A DNA stretch of 63,867 nucleotides, the filler included, from Phoronis australis (taxonomy: Eukaryota; Animalia; Phoronida): the NCBI GenBank assembly GCA_002633005.1. It is 7 parts of 7 records of this genome, joined end to end, with 100 filler letters (N's around TTAATTAATTAA, not from the genome) between each part and the next. Parts side by side here need not be neighbours in the genome. Positions count along the whole stretch, not along the records: positions 23,077 to 34,602 come from NMRA01001049.1; positions 34,703 to 37,045 come from NMRA01003726.1; 5 more parts are not named here. One strand, written 5' to 3'. Shown piece by piece: positions 24,605-36,161 of the stretch. Under the pieces are notes generated by a model, which was not told the DNA's origin, did no database searches, and worked only from the letters and a program-made list of their open reading frames with translations. Position numbers and translations under genes: made by a program. Numbering within the stretch: position 1 is the stretch's first letter; each line of letters opens with the position of its first letter.

Positions 24605-25892
24605 AGGTGAAAGCAACCTTTTTTAATGTCACTTTTAGCACAAATAAGGTTCGTTGATTATCCCAGACACATTTTTCACTTAATTGCAACTTTTCGTAAT
24701 TTGATTAATTTCTCGTCATCTACTCCGGAAGTGACGTTTGGGGAGGCAAGAGTTTCGCGCCAATTTCTTTTCATTATAGTCTGACTGAGAGCTGTCAAGT
24801 GAGTCATTGTTCTACCTCGGTTGTGATCAGTTCGGTCGTCGTTTGCTTTTGTTTACAAGTCAGTCAACATGCCACGTCTCACGCGCTTTGCGTACCTTGC
24901 GCCGCTTTCCGAAGGATGACACACTTCGCGTACTTGGCTAGCTCGTTCATGTGAAGAACGTTACCCATCCACGCAACGTACAAAGCAGTGGAGGGTTACC
25001 GAGTGTGTGGCAAGCATTTTCTTCCGTCAGATTATGACAGATATGCACGCTGAATTGATGAAGGTCACTGCAAAACAACGCCTTAAGAAGGGTACCTTAC
25101 CGTCGCTGTCGATTCCCGGCAGTGCTCCGTCGCCAACCCCGAGAATTGCGTTTTTGAAGCGAGAAGCCTCGGGAGCTGTGGCCACTATATACACTGACTG
25201 GAGGCACTTCATCTGCTGTCACCCGTGCCTCCGAACGTACCCCATTGCGTGCAATTTCGGAAACTAGCAGTGATTCGCCCTGTGCTGTTGTCTCTGAGCC
25301 CAGAGCGTGTAAGCAGTCCTGCAGCGATGTTGAGTAGTGGGAGTGAATACAGGCCCAGTTCGACACCCAGTGAAGAGGACAGTTCGTCATCCAATGAACA
25401 GATCGGTGAGCCTAAGTTTGATAAGTTTATTGTGGACTTGTATTGGAGCTATTTGGAAGGTGCCAGGTGTGTGGCGAGGGAGTCACACGGCGGGATGCAA
25501 GCAATTTGGGTGCTCAGATCACTCTTCAGTGGGAGTGTGTCGCGGGACACTCGGGCAAGTGGGACAGTTCTTACTCTGTACGTGAGACAATAATGAGTAC
25601 ACCCCAGTACGCAGCAACAGCGTGGCATGTTGACTGACTCCTAAGCAAAAGCAAACGACGACCGAACTTATCACAACCGAGGTAGAACAATGACTGACTC
25701 GACTGCTCTCACAGTCAGACTATATGAAAAGAAATTGGCGCGAAATTCTTGCCTTCCAAAACGTCACTTCCGGAGTAGACAACGAGTAATCAATTAAATT
25801 ACGAAAAGCAGTAAGTAAGTGAAAAATATGTCTTGGATAATCAACGAACCTTATTTTTGCTAAAAACGACATGAAAAAGGTTGCCTTCGCCT
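24605..25892 (+). mobile_element. Non-autonomous Kolobok-type DNA transposon with ~280-310 bp inverted arms and TTAA TSD
   Basis: TTAA|AGGTGAAAGCAACC ... GGTTGCCTTCGCCT|TTAA. Arms 24605-24883 and 25581-25892 are reverse complements. Confidence 0.9.
24869..25588 (+). pseudogene. Frameshifted THAP domain plus N-terminal part of a Kolobok transposase
   Basis: Fragments RFPKDDTLR..W, RVCGKHFLPSDYD and RLKKGTLPSL (THAP), an acidic linker, then KFIV / LELFGRCQVCG..LGAQITLQWECVAGHSGKWDSS (Kolobok-like Cys/His region). Confidence 0.8.
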
Positions 25893-27236
25893 TTAAACGC
25901 GCAAAACTGATACAGTATTTCTTAAACCTTTAATTCAATGCTCAAGCTATACAACGAATGCGTGTTGAAACACAAGATTGACCTTGGACCAACGATGGAC
26001 TCCTTGCATCAGGACCTTAGTAAGCGGGGGGAGGGCGAGTGCCACCCCAAAAAAATTGCATGCCTCAGGGTCAAACCATGGCAACCGACAAAGGTGTGGG
26101 GCTGGGGAAAGACAAAAAAGAAAGACTTCGAATACTGATCAGAGCGAAAATTCAAGAGAACATTGACAACTCGGTATCAGTGTATGGCTTACCATTTGAG
26201 GGCCCTGGCCAGGACATTGTTGGGTCTCCGTTTTTGAAGCATAGGCCGTCTAAGTGCCCTTGAAATTGTGCACTTAATCATTCATACATTTATTTCGAAA
26301 ATTCGAGAAAAATTTGTAAAGCAAAGTTTTTCGGAGCGTTTTAATTCAGTCCAAGTTTTCCAGCGGTCCATATGCGGTGCACTACAGGGGGGCTGAGGGG
26401 GCTTTAGTCCTCACTTTTTTCAGTACTGCACCTTCTGTAAACATCCGGCATGACACTACCAACTACTCATGAGGGGAAGTTGAGATTCCAAATTCATCAA
26501 AAACACAAAACATTCGTGCACAGCACAGAAGCTGTCTTGTAAGAAATGGCGATGCGTCACTGAACTTAGTTGAAGCCTGAAGGCAAAAATTCGATCCATC
26601 ATCTGACCACCATATCGCAAAGAAGGACCCTAAACGATAACAGGGGTATTTCTTGAATGTGGGGCAGCTCTAAATGCTTTATTGAATTAAAAACTAGACT
26701 AATGAAATTCAAAAATTTACAAACCGTAGATCAAAAAAGAAGTTCAAGTCATTGCTCATAAATTTGGAAAGATTGTCTTTGCACTTCCTTGATGCTTGTA
26801 GTTCCCAGTATTGTGCAATGAATTTAGGTTCTTCTAGACCGAATCGTTTGCTTGCCATTCCCGTGCACACTGCAAAGGCTGGACACGTTGTGACTCAGTG
26901 GCGCACCCACGTTAAAAATAAGGTGTAGTCATGCAGTAGAATCCGCGCACAGTGATTGACGGGAAAAGAACTTGAACTGCACTGAGGGGTTGAAGTGTGT
27001 GCATTTTTTGGGACACGCGTTCATTTTCCCAGCCGCCCTGCAGAAGCTGGACCAGTGGCCGTGTTTCAACAAGGAATTTTGATACAGCTCTATAGGCCAA
27101 GGATTTCGGGATCATATCTTTCCAAAAAATCTTCAGGAAATGACCGTATTAAAATGAACTTTTCCCGAAACTGGGTCAAAAAACGACCTTGGAGCCAGAA
27201 CACGGGTATAGGTTCGAGTTAAGCCGCACGTCTCAA

Positions 27237-27447
27237 ATGAATCATAGCGGAGCTGACCAGCGACTAGCATTAGTTCGTCGAATTGCGCATGAATCATAGC
27301 AGAGCTGACCAGCGACTAGCATTAGTTCGTCGAATTGCGCATGAATCATAGCAGAGCTGACCAGCGACTAGCATTAGTTCGTCGAATTGCGCATGAATCA
27401 TAGCAGAGCTGACCAGCGACTAGCATTAGTTCGTCGAATTGCGCATG
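27237..27447. repeat. 52-bp minisatellite, 4 near-perfect copies
   Basis: ATGAATCATAGCAGAGCTGACCAGCGACTAGCATTAGTTCGTCGAATTGCGC at 27237, 27289, 27341 and 27393, with no spacers. Confidence 0.95.
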
Positions 27448-28544
27448 CATGGATCAGACTTCCCGGCGACGCCACGACACCGGCCACCGTGGCGGGAGCA
27501 GCTAATTTCTTGACTAACACCTGCTTCTAAATCTGGATTTAAGCAAAATGACGAAGTCCACGCATACACACATGCAAACGTATCCAAATACAATTAAATG
27601 TATTTTCATGTGAAACCATTCAATGTCCTTTGAACATTGACTTGCATGATGAGTTCTTCATTTTCTTAGATCTGCCCAGTCAGATAGAACTGCGTTTCAA
27701 GTCATTCACTATAAGGCACTCGAGGGTTCAAATTGGAAGCTCGCGCCGTATGACGTCGTATGACGTAGACGATGCGAGCCTCATTTGCATATATTAGTGA
27801 CATCTGTTGGTTCAAAAAAGAGGATCGTGCCCGAGTACATGCCTGGGAAGAGGCATCTTTTGGAAGGGTAAAACAAGTCATGTTCAAAGCATCCCAGTGC
27901 CATTAATATGAAGTCTTTGGGGACAAAAGTGGTGTCATTTTATAGCTAAAGAGTTAAGCTTTCAAACACAATGCTTGGATTCCAGACTACTTTAACATTT
28001 ACTTTTGAAATCACCTTTGAAAAAACGTTAAAATGCGCTAAAACAGTTGTCCCTTCCTGGTTATCTCTTCCTGCTGTTACATAATTCCCTCAGTGTTGAC
28101 GTACATTAAACATTCTGTGGGGTATTTTTCTGTCAGAAGTTTGTGCCAAACTAAACCTAAGTGTGTGAGGTGAAATTTATCTTACAATTTGCAGCCTACA
28201 ATGTTGCAATCCTTTGGGAAGCATGAGCCTGGTTGCCACCACACCAGCTTTTAAAGTGGCTACTAAACCGGGCCCGGCCACTGATCTGCCAGGCGAGATT
28301 TTGGCAACTCAACAACCATAATTTTAATTAGGTTGAAATATAACCACTATATTTTTTAAATTATGCTTGAATTATACATGGTGATATACATGTTAGGTTT
28401 TATTCTCTTGCGATATTTTCTTTTTCATTCCGTGTCTCGTTAGCCAACAACAGTCCAGAAGACCGGACTGGCCACCGTACGCTGGCACGGCAGCTGATGG
28501 TTCACCAAGTAGAAACGTCTGTAATATTTTATGTTCTATCAACA

Positions 28545-29753
28545 CTAAGGCAAAAGAGAGTGGTTTCAACTTATATAGTATCTATTTAACGAACTGAACC
28601 ATGCACTATAAATACGTGGCCAGCAGACAGTATAAACAAAGAGTGAAGCGGCTCATCATGTTGCAACGGCGATGTGACGTCAGCAGCTGTAGAATGTAGG
28701 TCAAGGTGCTGGGTCAAGATTCAGTTCACACAAGAATGTGACATGACTGGGAGCAGCGCTACCTGTTAGTAAAGCATCATTGCATCCAGCGCTATCTGTT
28801 TGTCTTAAAGGTTTTGGATGAGCGGGTACCTTTTGCAGCACAGACTGTCTTTTGGCAAGATCCACGCAATCTAACAAGCTAGATGTGCATTGTATCTAAA
28901 GAAATTTGCACAAGCAGTAGGCCTAAATCAGAGCGTGTTTCATTCAGCACTTGCCGGTCTTGTGCTAAAAACGTTCAATATTTGTCTCGGTAAGGCCCAT
29001 ATTAGTCGCCGTGTAGCTGGATGCGTACATAACTATCTGACAGTTATTTTTCGGTGTAAGGGTGTGTAAGCATTCACTGTCAGTGGTCATTTTATCAGAT
29101 ATTTGGCTTAAAAACACCAATTATGGTTAATCAAACAACTCATCTTAAAAATAACGCAAACATTCTTATATAGTATTAGAAACTGTCGGAAATTAGTGCT
29201 TAATATTCATTTCTTGCTGATGCTATGCTACCCGTTTCATGAATGGATAGTTCCCGACTAATGTCTTTGATGACAGGTTCATGTATGTAGCGCACACTTC
29301 CTGGCCACGGGCTTTTAACACTGGCCAAGCTTTTTATTAGTCTTCTATTCACGGTTTTCACGTGTACAAAGAAAGTTGGATTCCTGTTGAAAGCGGGAAA
29401 TATCTACAAAGCAATCCTGTAGACAAGTACACTACTTCTGTTCTGAAAGGCCAGACCATTGGTCCTCGCAAGATCTGCAGAACTTTTGTGTTCGTTTTGA
29501 GGCATGGCGGAAGTTTGAAGTGTATAGTCACGGCTAAATACCGACATAGCGGCAAGGCTTGTGGTCTACAAATTCTGCGCACAATGATTTTTTCAGGACT
29601 GTCGGATATTATTGATAAATTGAAGACGTTACTGTAGAATTTTAAGACTGTAGGTAAGGCATTTTACGTACATGTTCATGGACTGGGCGCTAATATTTTA
29701 GCAAAGTCTGAAAACGCGAGGGGGGGCATGGGCGGTTATTATGGCAAATACGG
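28545..29753 (+). mobile_element. Degenerate pogo-like (Tc1/mariner superfamily) transposon with HIRAN cargo; left end not located
   Basis: Broken frames give KRVVSTY and KSEAAHH (Brinker-type HTH), then LPVSKASL and LLQHRLS/LARSTQSNKL (CENP-B HTH). The right terminus is GGCGGTTATTATGGCAAATACGG followed by TA. Confidence 0.55.
29341..29637 (+). pseudogene. Stand-alone HIRAN-domain ORF (slightly decayed)
   Basis: SSIHGFHVYKESWIPV..SNPVDKYTTSVLKGQTIG-PRKICRTFVFVLRHGGSLKCIVTAKYRHS..GLQI...IFSG...IDKLKTLL matches the GxHVYK/NPxDxxA/GHxPR HIRAN pattern. There is an in-frame stop at 29338 and small deletions. Confidence 0.75.
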
Positions 29754-30795
29754 TAGTTGTTTTACACCTGCTGAGTTTTTTCTATTAATCAACCAATGAG
29801 CGACGCATTGTTCAAGAGCCTGGGGAAATTAACAACTTATGTTTGCAATTTTGTTGAAGGATTTTTGCCTATTTTTTGTAATGTGACAACCAAGTTGCGG
29901 GTAAGTACTTATTCCTAGGCTGTATCATCAATCAAGCAAAAGTGTGAAGTTGATTACAGCATTTTATATAGAGTAATAAATAAAAACTTAGGGAAACTTT
30001 GTCAATAAAGTTTTCTGAGGCAGTGGGTTTTTAGCAGGTTGGTCTGGTTAGGGGAAATGAGCTTGATTTTTATTTAGGCCTTTTGAAACTTTTATTTAGT
30101 GTAGTTTTGTAACATTTGCTGATATAGATTTCAATGACAAATGTTATACGATATATGGCTTTGCAAATTGATTATGGAAAATTAATACCCCATAGTGCAA
30201 TTACCTTCGTGTCGTGGTGCCCTCAATTGATCAAACTTATCCCTCAATGTCTTGATCATGGTTGACTGCCTTTTAAACAATGCATTGTTTGATTTACAAT
30301 CCTCCTCCTGCAATCAGTTGTTAAATCTATTTGTTAGTAGCTATTTTGGTGACAACAACAGTATTTAAATACAAAATTAAGAAAAAGTTGCACAATACCT
30401 AATATATAGTGGATGTGTTAAAATCACATGGACACGTAAAACCATGTGATCTGAAAATGTTTTTTCATTCCAGTATGCAGCGTTCTTGTCGGATAAAAAG
30501 TCAGTTTTTCATGACCCGTGTATGCATTGTTATATGGTATCAGTTCGTCATTGGGTCGTCAATGCAATATTATGCGGGTCTTCAGAATGTTTATGTGAAA
30601 TGCATTGTTCGCGACATGTGCATGCTTTAAGAACTTCTAGTACGGCAAACAAATTGTGGATGCTTTAGTATGAAGTCTTTGGTGTAATTTGAATTACATA
30701 TCTTAACTCTTTTATAAGACGTGATAAAAACTCATTCAAAACACATCACGAGGTCACAACTGTATACAGCATTATCAAATAACTTTTGTCATTAC

Positions 30796-30984
30796 CTGAT
30801 TCTTCAGTATCTCCTGCATGCTTTCGTTGACTTTGACCACATTTTCTAACTGTGATTGCCAATCGTTGAGTCTTAGCTCAATGTTCTCCTTGGTCAATTG
30901 CTTGATCGTGTAATCCTTCTGTGACAACTGACTTTGTATGTCGGACACTTTATCAAGTATTTGCTGCAGGAGCTTGGTCGGATC
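30796..30984 (-). CDS. Internal coding exon (189 bp, phase 0-0) encoding a coiled-coil segment of an unidentified host gene
   Basis: Acceptor TTATTGCAG|GAT, donor CAG|GTAATG. Open frame DPTKLLQQILDKVSDIQSQLSQKDYTIKQLTKENIELRLNDWQSQLENVVKVNESMQEILKNQ. Confidence 0.7.
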
Positions 30985-31049
30985 CTGCAATAAGTGGGAT
31001 AAGTTAATGAATAACTGAATTTGGTTGCCTGCACCACTTCAAAATGTAA

Positions 31050-31933
31050 AATCAAGGGGAAAATGTATCTGGTGAAATGTGCAGCTTAAGTATTTCGTAG
31101 TGATCAACATTTCTGACTGCTCGCTTTAGCAGCCCTCCATTAGTTGTTGTTTGTCACCCCACAATACAGTAGTTATGTAGATTAGATAAGTGAACATACA
31201 GGCTTGACCTAAACTATAACATTCCCTCTTTCAAATATGTTTAGACAAAGAACACTGGACCACTAGATATATATTCCATATCACATGGTCCTTATTCAAG
31301 TAGTGTCATATTCCAAGATTCTTCTTTATGGTACATGCAACTGATGAAACCTTTACTGCATTGTCTGCTTCGGGATTTCCGAGAGAGACTAAAGATTGCC
31401 TGTTGTGACTTATCAGCTTGTTTGTCTCTTTGTTTCTGACCTTGTACATCCTAGGGACGCCAGGGCTCTGGTCCATCATTTCTGAAGGTTTGTCCAAGAT
31501 GGAGTTACAGACCTCGAGTTGTGATTCTCAAAGAAGATAGCTCATGCTCTCTACCCCTAGCACCAGATTTGAAGTGATCGACTTGATCCCTTTTATGCAC
31601 CTGCGAATGTGTGTTCAGTTGCAGCACTAATGACAGTGCAAGTAAGGTTGTTTAACTCTTTTGACCCATCAGTCGTGCTTGGTGTTTGACAAAAGTTGTT
31701 CTTGGTCTGATGCTGAACTGTTTACCAATAGTCCAAGATAAGGATCGAACTCTTTCAGGAGCATTAATTGTCTTCACAGTTTCTCTGTGCTGTGTGGTTT
31801 CTAGAAGATTCTGAATCTGATGACATGCCAAGATAGATTTCAAGTTACCAAAATAACTTCATCCAAGACGGTGTAGTTTAGCAATTAAGTAACTTCCCTG
31901 TTCCAGAAATAATATTATTCTACCACCAACTTT
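31050..31933 (-). mobile_element. Old, decayed Gypsy-type LTR retrotransposon 3' end (integrase relic, PPT, start of 3' LTR)
   Basis: Broken frames LKSILACHQI, LLKEFDPYLGLL, RLMGQKS*TTL and PRMYKVRN..ISHNRQSL. PPT GAAAGAGGGAA is followed by TGTTATAG at 31221; the distal end of the LTR is uncertain. Confidence 0.7.
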
Positions 31934-32855
31934 GTGTGTGTGTGTGTGTGTGTGTNNNNNNNNNNNNNNNNNNNNNNNNNNNNNNNNNNNNNNNNNNNNN
32001 NNNNNNNNNNNNNNNNNNNNNNNNNNNNNNNNNNNNNNNNNNNNNNNNNNNNNNNNNNNNNNNNNNNNNNAATAAATAATTTATTTGCTCATCAATTTGG
32101 GACTTAATTCTGAACAGAAGATTGGCTCATCAGTTTCACTGCCAATAACACAGCATTGAGCATCAAACGGCAGACCATGTCAGTGATTGTTACTTTCATG
32201 TGTCAGGCCACCTGGCACAATACGACTCACTTATTACATACAATTGGTGGCTCCTAAATTAAGTGACCATGATAAATTTTCTGAAGCGCATCCAAATGAT
32301 TGTAGGAATTGTCACTGCTTAAAAGGGCAATGTAGTCAAAATAATTTTGCAGTTAATCGGTTCCAACACACAAATAAAAGTCACATTTGCGCGACTTACG
32401 CGCCAAACAAAAGCTGAATAATATTCTTGGTCAAAACACTGAAATCCTGAAAGTGATCGCTGATTGGCTGATGTGTCAGTGACATGCCTGGTGGGGTATT
32501 GCAGGCTGCTTTTCACGTTCATTGCTAAAATAGGCCATTAACTGTGAAGAGTTTATATCGTATTTTATTGTATCAATCGTTCTTATTTTTTACCGTTTCC
32601 CACAGTGCTGTAAAAGGTTCACCATGCCTTTGTGTATGGCTGGTGGTTGTTCGAACTCTTCGAAAAAGATGTCTTACATTTAAGGGGATGGTCATCGCAT
32701 AGGCCTGCTGGTTGCCCAAGCCTAATGGCCCAAAGCTGTATACTAAATATACAGGTTTGCTCCAATATGGGTAAAAAATGGACAACCAAAATTTGACTCA
32801 ATTAGTGTCATTAAAACTACTCTCATCCTTAAGGCCTAAAATAGCTTATTTACCA

Positions 32856-33560
32856 TTTTTATGCGCCCACATAGTTATATGTGGACGCATTATGCCGTCA
32901 TCTCCGTCAGTCCGGGCGGCGTCCGTCCATCCGGGCGGCGTCCGTCCGGCATCCGCTGCGTTATCTCCAAAACCCTTTGACATACGTTCATGAAATTTGG
33001 CACATCTGTTCCATTCATGAATGGGACGGCATGTGCTAACTTTCGGACGGATCCGACTGCCGGTGTGCCCCCTAGTGGCAATTTTAATTTTTTACGCTTA
33101 CCTTTATATCTTCAAAAGTCCTGAACGGATTTTCATGAAATTTGGTATGTAGTTACCTATTAGTGAAATGACGCAATCTTCCCGTTTTCAGATGGATTTG
33201 ACATTGTTTGCGCCACCTAGTAGCCATTTTTAGTGTTTTCGAGTCTGTTTTTGTGCGTCCACCACTCTATCAACCAAACCGCTCAAAGGATGATTGTGAA
33301 AATTGGCATGTATGTTCTTACTATGAAGAGGACGGTTGACGCTGAATTTCCCATGACTTTGATTGCTGTGGCGCCTGCTAGTGGCAGTTTTTTTTGCGCC
33401 CATGGCTGTATCTCCCAAACCAGGATCTTTACTAAATTTAGTAAGTGTATTTATGTGATGTTGACAACGGACGATTACGACTTTAGAATGATTCTGACTA
33501 CCGGTATGCCTCTAGTGGCAATTTTAGTATTTTACATTGACCTCTGTATTTTCATAGGTC
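32856..33560 (+). mobile_element. Helentron-associated interspersed element (HINE/DINE-1-like), short copy
   Basis: T-run, hairpin ATGCGCCCACATA-gtta-TATGTGGACGCAT (32861-32890), CGTC-type microsatellite, then core repeats matching 61538-63867. Confidence 0.8.
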
Positions 33561-34347
33561 TTCAGGTGTATACTTTGTGTTACTTCGTGACTATGAAGGA
33601 AAAAATTCCAAGTAGAAATTTGTTTCTGGCATTCTAATGCTGTGCTAATCTCGTATGTTGGTAAATTTGTTTTTAATTCTATGTTTCTGTGGTGCTTTAA
33701 GCAACTGATGTATAGGATGTGCTTGTATTATGAAGATAACTCACATTTTGCCCCTAGCCTATTGAGGCGACAATGACCATGCCTTTCCATTTTTCAAAGT
33801 ACAACATACTACATATATGCCCTCTACTGGCCACTTTATGGTACCAATAAACAACCCTAGAAGGATACCGTATACGGTGCAATTGTGGACGTATTTCAAC
33901 GTTCTGCCGTTGCTCTTGTTGGAAAAAGTTAGCGGTCGTTGATAGGCTGCTGCTAAAATTTTGATGCATTCTCTCGAGTCGGCTTTTGGCAATTACATAT
34001 TACCTGACCTTAACCAGTTTTCCTCCCAATTTTTTTATCAACTGTTCTTCACTGCCGGCACATGGTAATGCATACATAACACAACAAATTATAATTTCTT
34101 GTTGCGAAGTTGTCATCTAGCGAAAGATGTCGCAAAATTTTAGGAAGTGGCGTATGTTTTTGAAATGGATGACACACTTTTCTTTGTTAGAAAATGTTTA
34201 TTTGATTGTTTTCCACTTAAATAGTTGCAACGAATTGGCGTTTGACTGCATGCACCCCTACCGGTCCGTTAGCTTGATGTTACGACAAGGTGACGAGCAT
34301 AAATTAACTATAACCTTGTTAAATCAAGGGGCTGTGTGAAACTTTTG

Positions 34348-34602
34348 CAGCCGATTTCATAAAGGTGGTTTAAAGTTAAACCAGGTTTAAACTGGACTTA
34401 GACCAGGTTTAATGATAATCTGCATTTCATAAAGGTGGTTTAACTTTTAGACCAGTGGTCTTGTAAAACCTGGTTTAACTCCAGTTTAGACCTGGTCTAA
34501 GTCAGTTTTCATTTCACCAACGAGGTCTATATTCTTTAGACCTGTATTAAGATCTTAAACCATGTTTAACTTTAGACTTGGTCAGACCCAGGTTTAACTG
34601 TT
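34348..34602. mobile_element. Harbinger-like element end with internal repeats, truncated by a gap
   Basis: ATTTCATAAAGGTGGTTTAA is repeated, with many AAACC.GGTTT / AGACC.GGTCT palindromic units. Confidence 0.55.
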
Positions 34603-35712
34603 NNNNNNNNNNNNNNNNNNNNNNNNNNNNNNNNNNNNNNNNNNNNTTAATTAATTAANNNNNNNNNNNNNNNNNNNNNNNNNNNNNNNNNNNNNNNNNN
34701 NNGTGTGTGGAGTCTAATCAAATGTGTCTCTGACGCACCTTCTTAGATTTTGGGGAATTTTGTACATGGAGATAAGTACCTTCGACGGATTGTGTAGCAA
34801 AAGCCATTTTTGACGTATGTTTGCCCTAGTGTCATTTTGTATATTTAACCTCTTTTCCCAGTTCCTTGAGGCCACATATTCTGTTACAGAGACAACGAGA
34901 ACATCATGTGCAGGTTGTCTGGACTCCTGTGATCATTTTCACTTTTTGCGTATGGCTATTTCAACGTCTGGAGCCGTTTAATTATGATGTATTCGCGTGG
35001 AGATTACCATGACTGGTGTACACTGTAAATTTTTGGACGTTTTAACGACAATGTCGCCCCAAATGGAATGTTTTATTGTTCCTCAGATTCTTTCAAATTC
35101 CTCGATTGATCTATTGGTATTTTCTATATGTGTTTTAGTTGAGGTGAATACGCCTTATCCTCATTTTGGGACCTGTCCGTATACATGTACATTGGTGTTT
35201 GAAGGATCCTTATGATATTGCAAAGATGTGTAACTGTTGATGTACATTACATACAAAAGTTTGCTCACTAAAATCAAACTTCTTTTCAGTTTTTTTGAAT
35301 TTTCATTTTCATTGGGACTAATATTGTGGTATAAAATGACATATGCTTACAAATATAAATAAAGCAACGGACGATATAAATATTTCTATGTTTTAAGTTG
35401 TTTGAAGGCAGGTGCACAGTGCAATCAATGCTAGTAATGACGCTCAATTCTCTTAATGCTCATTTTTGCTGAGCACTTAGACAAAATGGAATTTTATTTC
35501 AGTTGTTGGCCATACTGTGTGCTAAAGTGAAAAATTATTTTGGTTATCTATTTTAGTTAAATAGGATTACTGTGTTTAGATGAAACGGTATTCAGGTTGT
35601 CAAAACTTTTTTTATTTTGGGTAAGGTTCAGTCTTGCAGATACTTTTTTAACTTTGTCTTTGCCATTAAATTGGGCTCAAATTTGTGTTTCCTGGTTTAT
35701 TAATGGAAGACA

Positions 35713-36161
35713 TTGAGCCGTCTGTACGGCGAGTCATTATTTATTAATAAAGCACGCTACCACATATTCAGGTTAAAATCTGTGATCTGCCTCCTCATCA
35801 TGATTGCTTGCTGTTACATGCTAAAAGAGAAAACTACCAGTGTGTCATTCACAAACGAACCTTGCAACAGCATGTCAGTGCACCATCTCCTGTTGTTAAT
35901 GGGTGGCTTTTGGAGCGGGATAGTCTGATGCTCCACTTGATGACTCTGCCTTTAGCCTCAGAAAATGCCATGAAAAATGTTAACGGCAACGGTAAAAGGA
36001 GTGGTTGTAACAAAAAATGTGCTCTTGTTTGGAGTCAAGCATTGCATGTTCTAAGTTGTGTGACTGTCCAGACTGTGTGAACACGGTGTCTCAGTCAAAA
36101 AACAACTTTTGATGACAATGATGACGATAAAAATGATGATGGAGTGGACGAAGAAACATAA
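35713..36161 (+). pseudogene. C-terminal region of an Academ-type transposase (XPG-like tail + Cys-rich CXC domain), frameshifted; element probably spans ~34700-37045
   Basis: RLYG..INKARYHIF / DLPPHHDCLLLHAKRENYQ..PSPVVNGW..LMTLPLAS..GCNKKC / ACSKLCDCPDCVN, then an acidic tail and stop. Confidence 0.8.

Noticed and set aside
27237-27447. CRISPR-like regular repeat
   Set aside because: Units are head-to-tail and identical, with no unique spacers and no cas genes; the context is eukaryotic.
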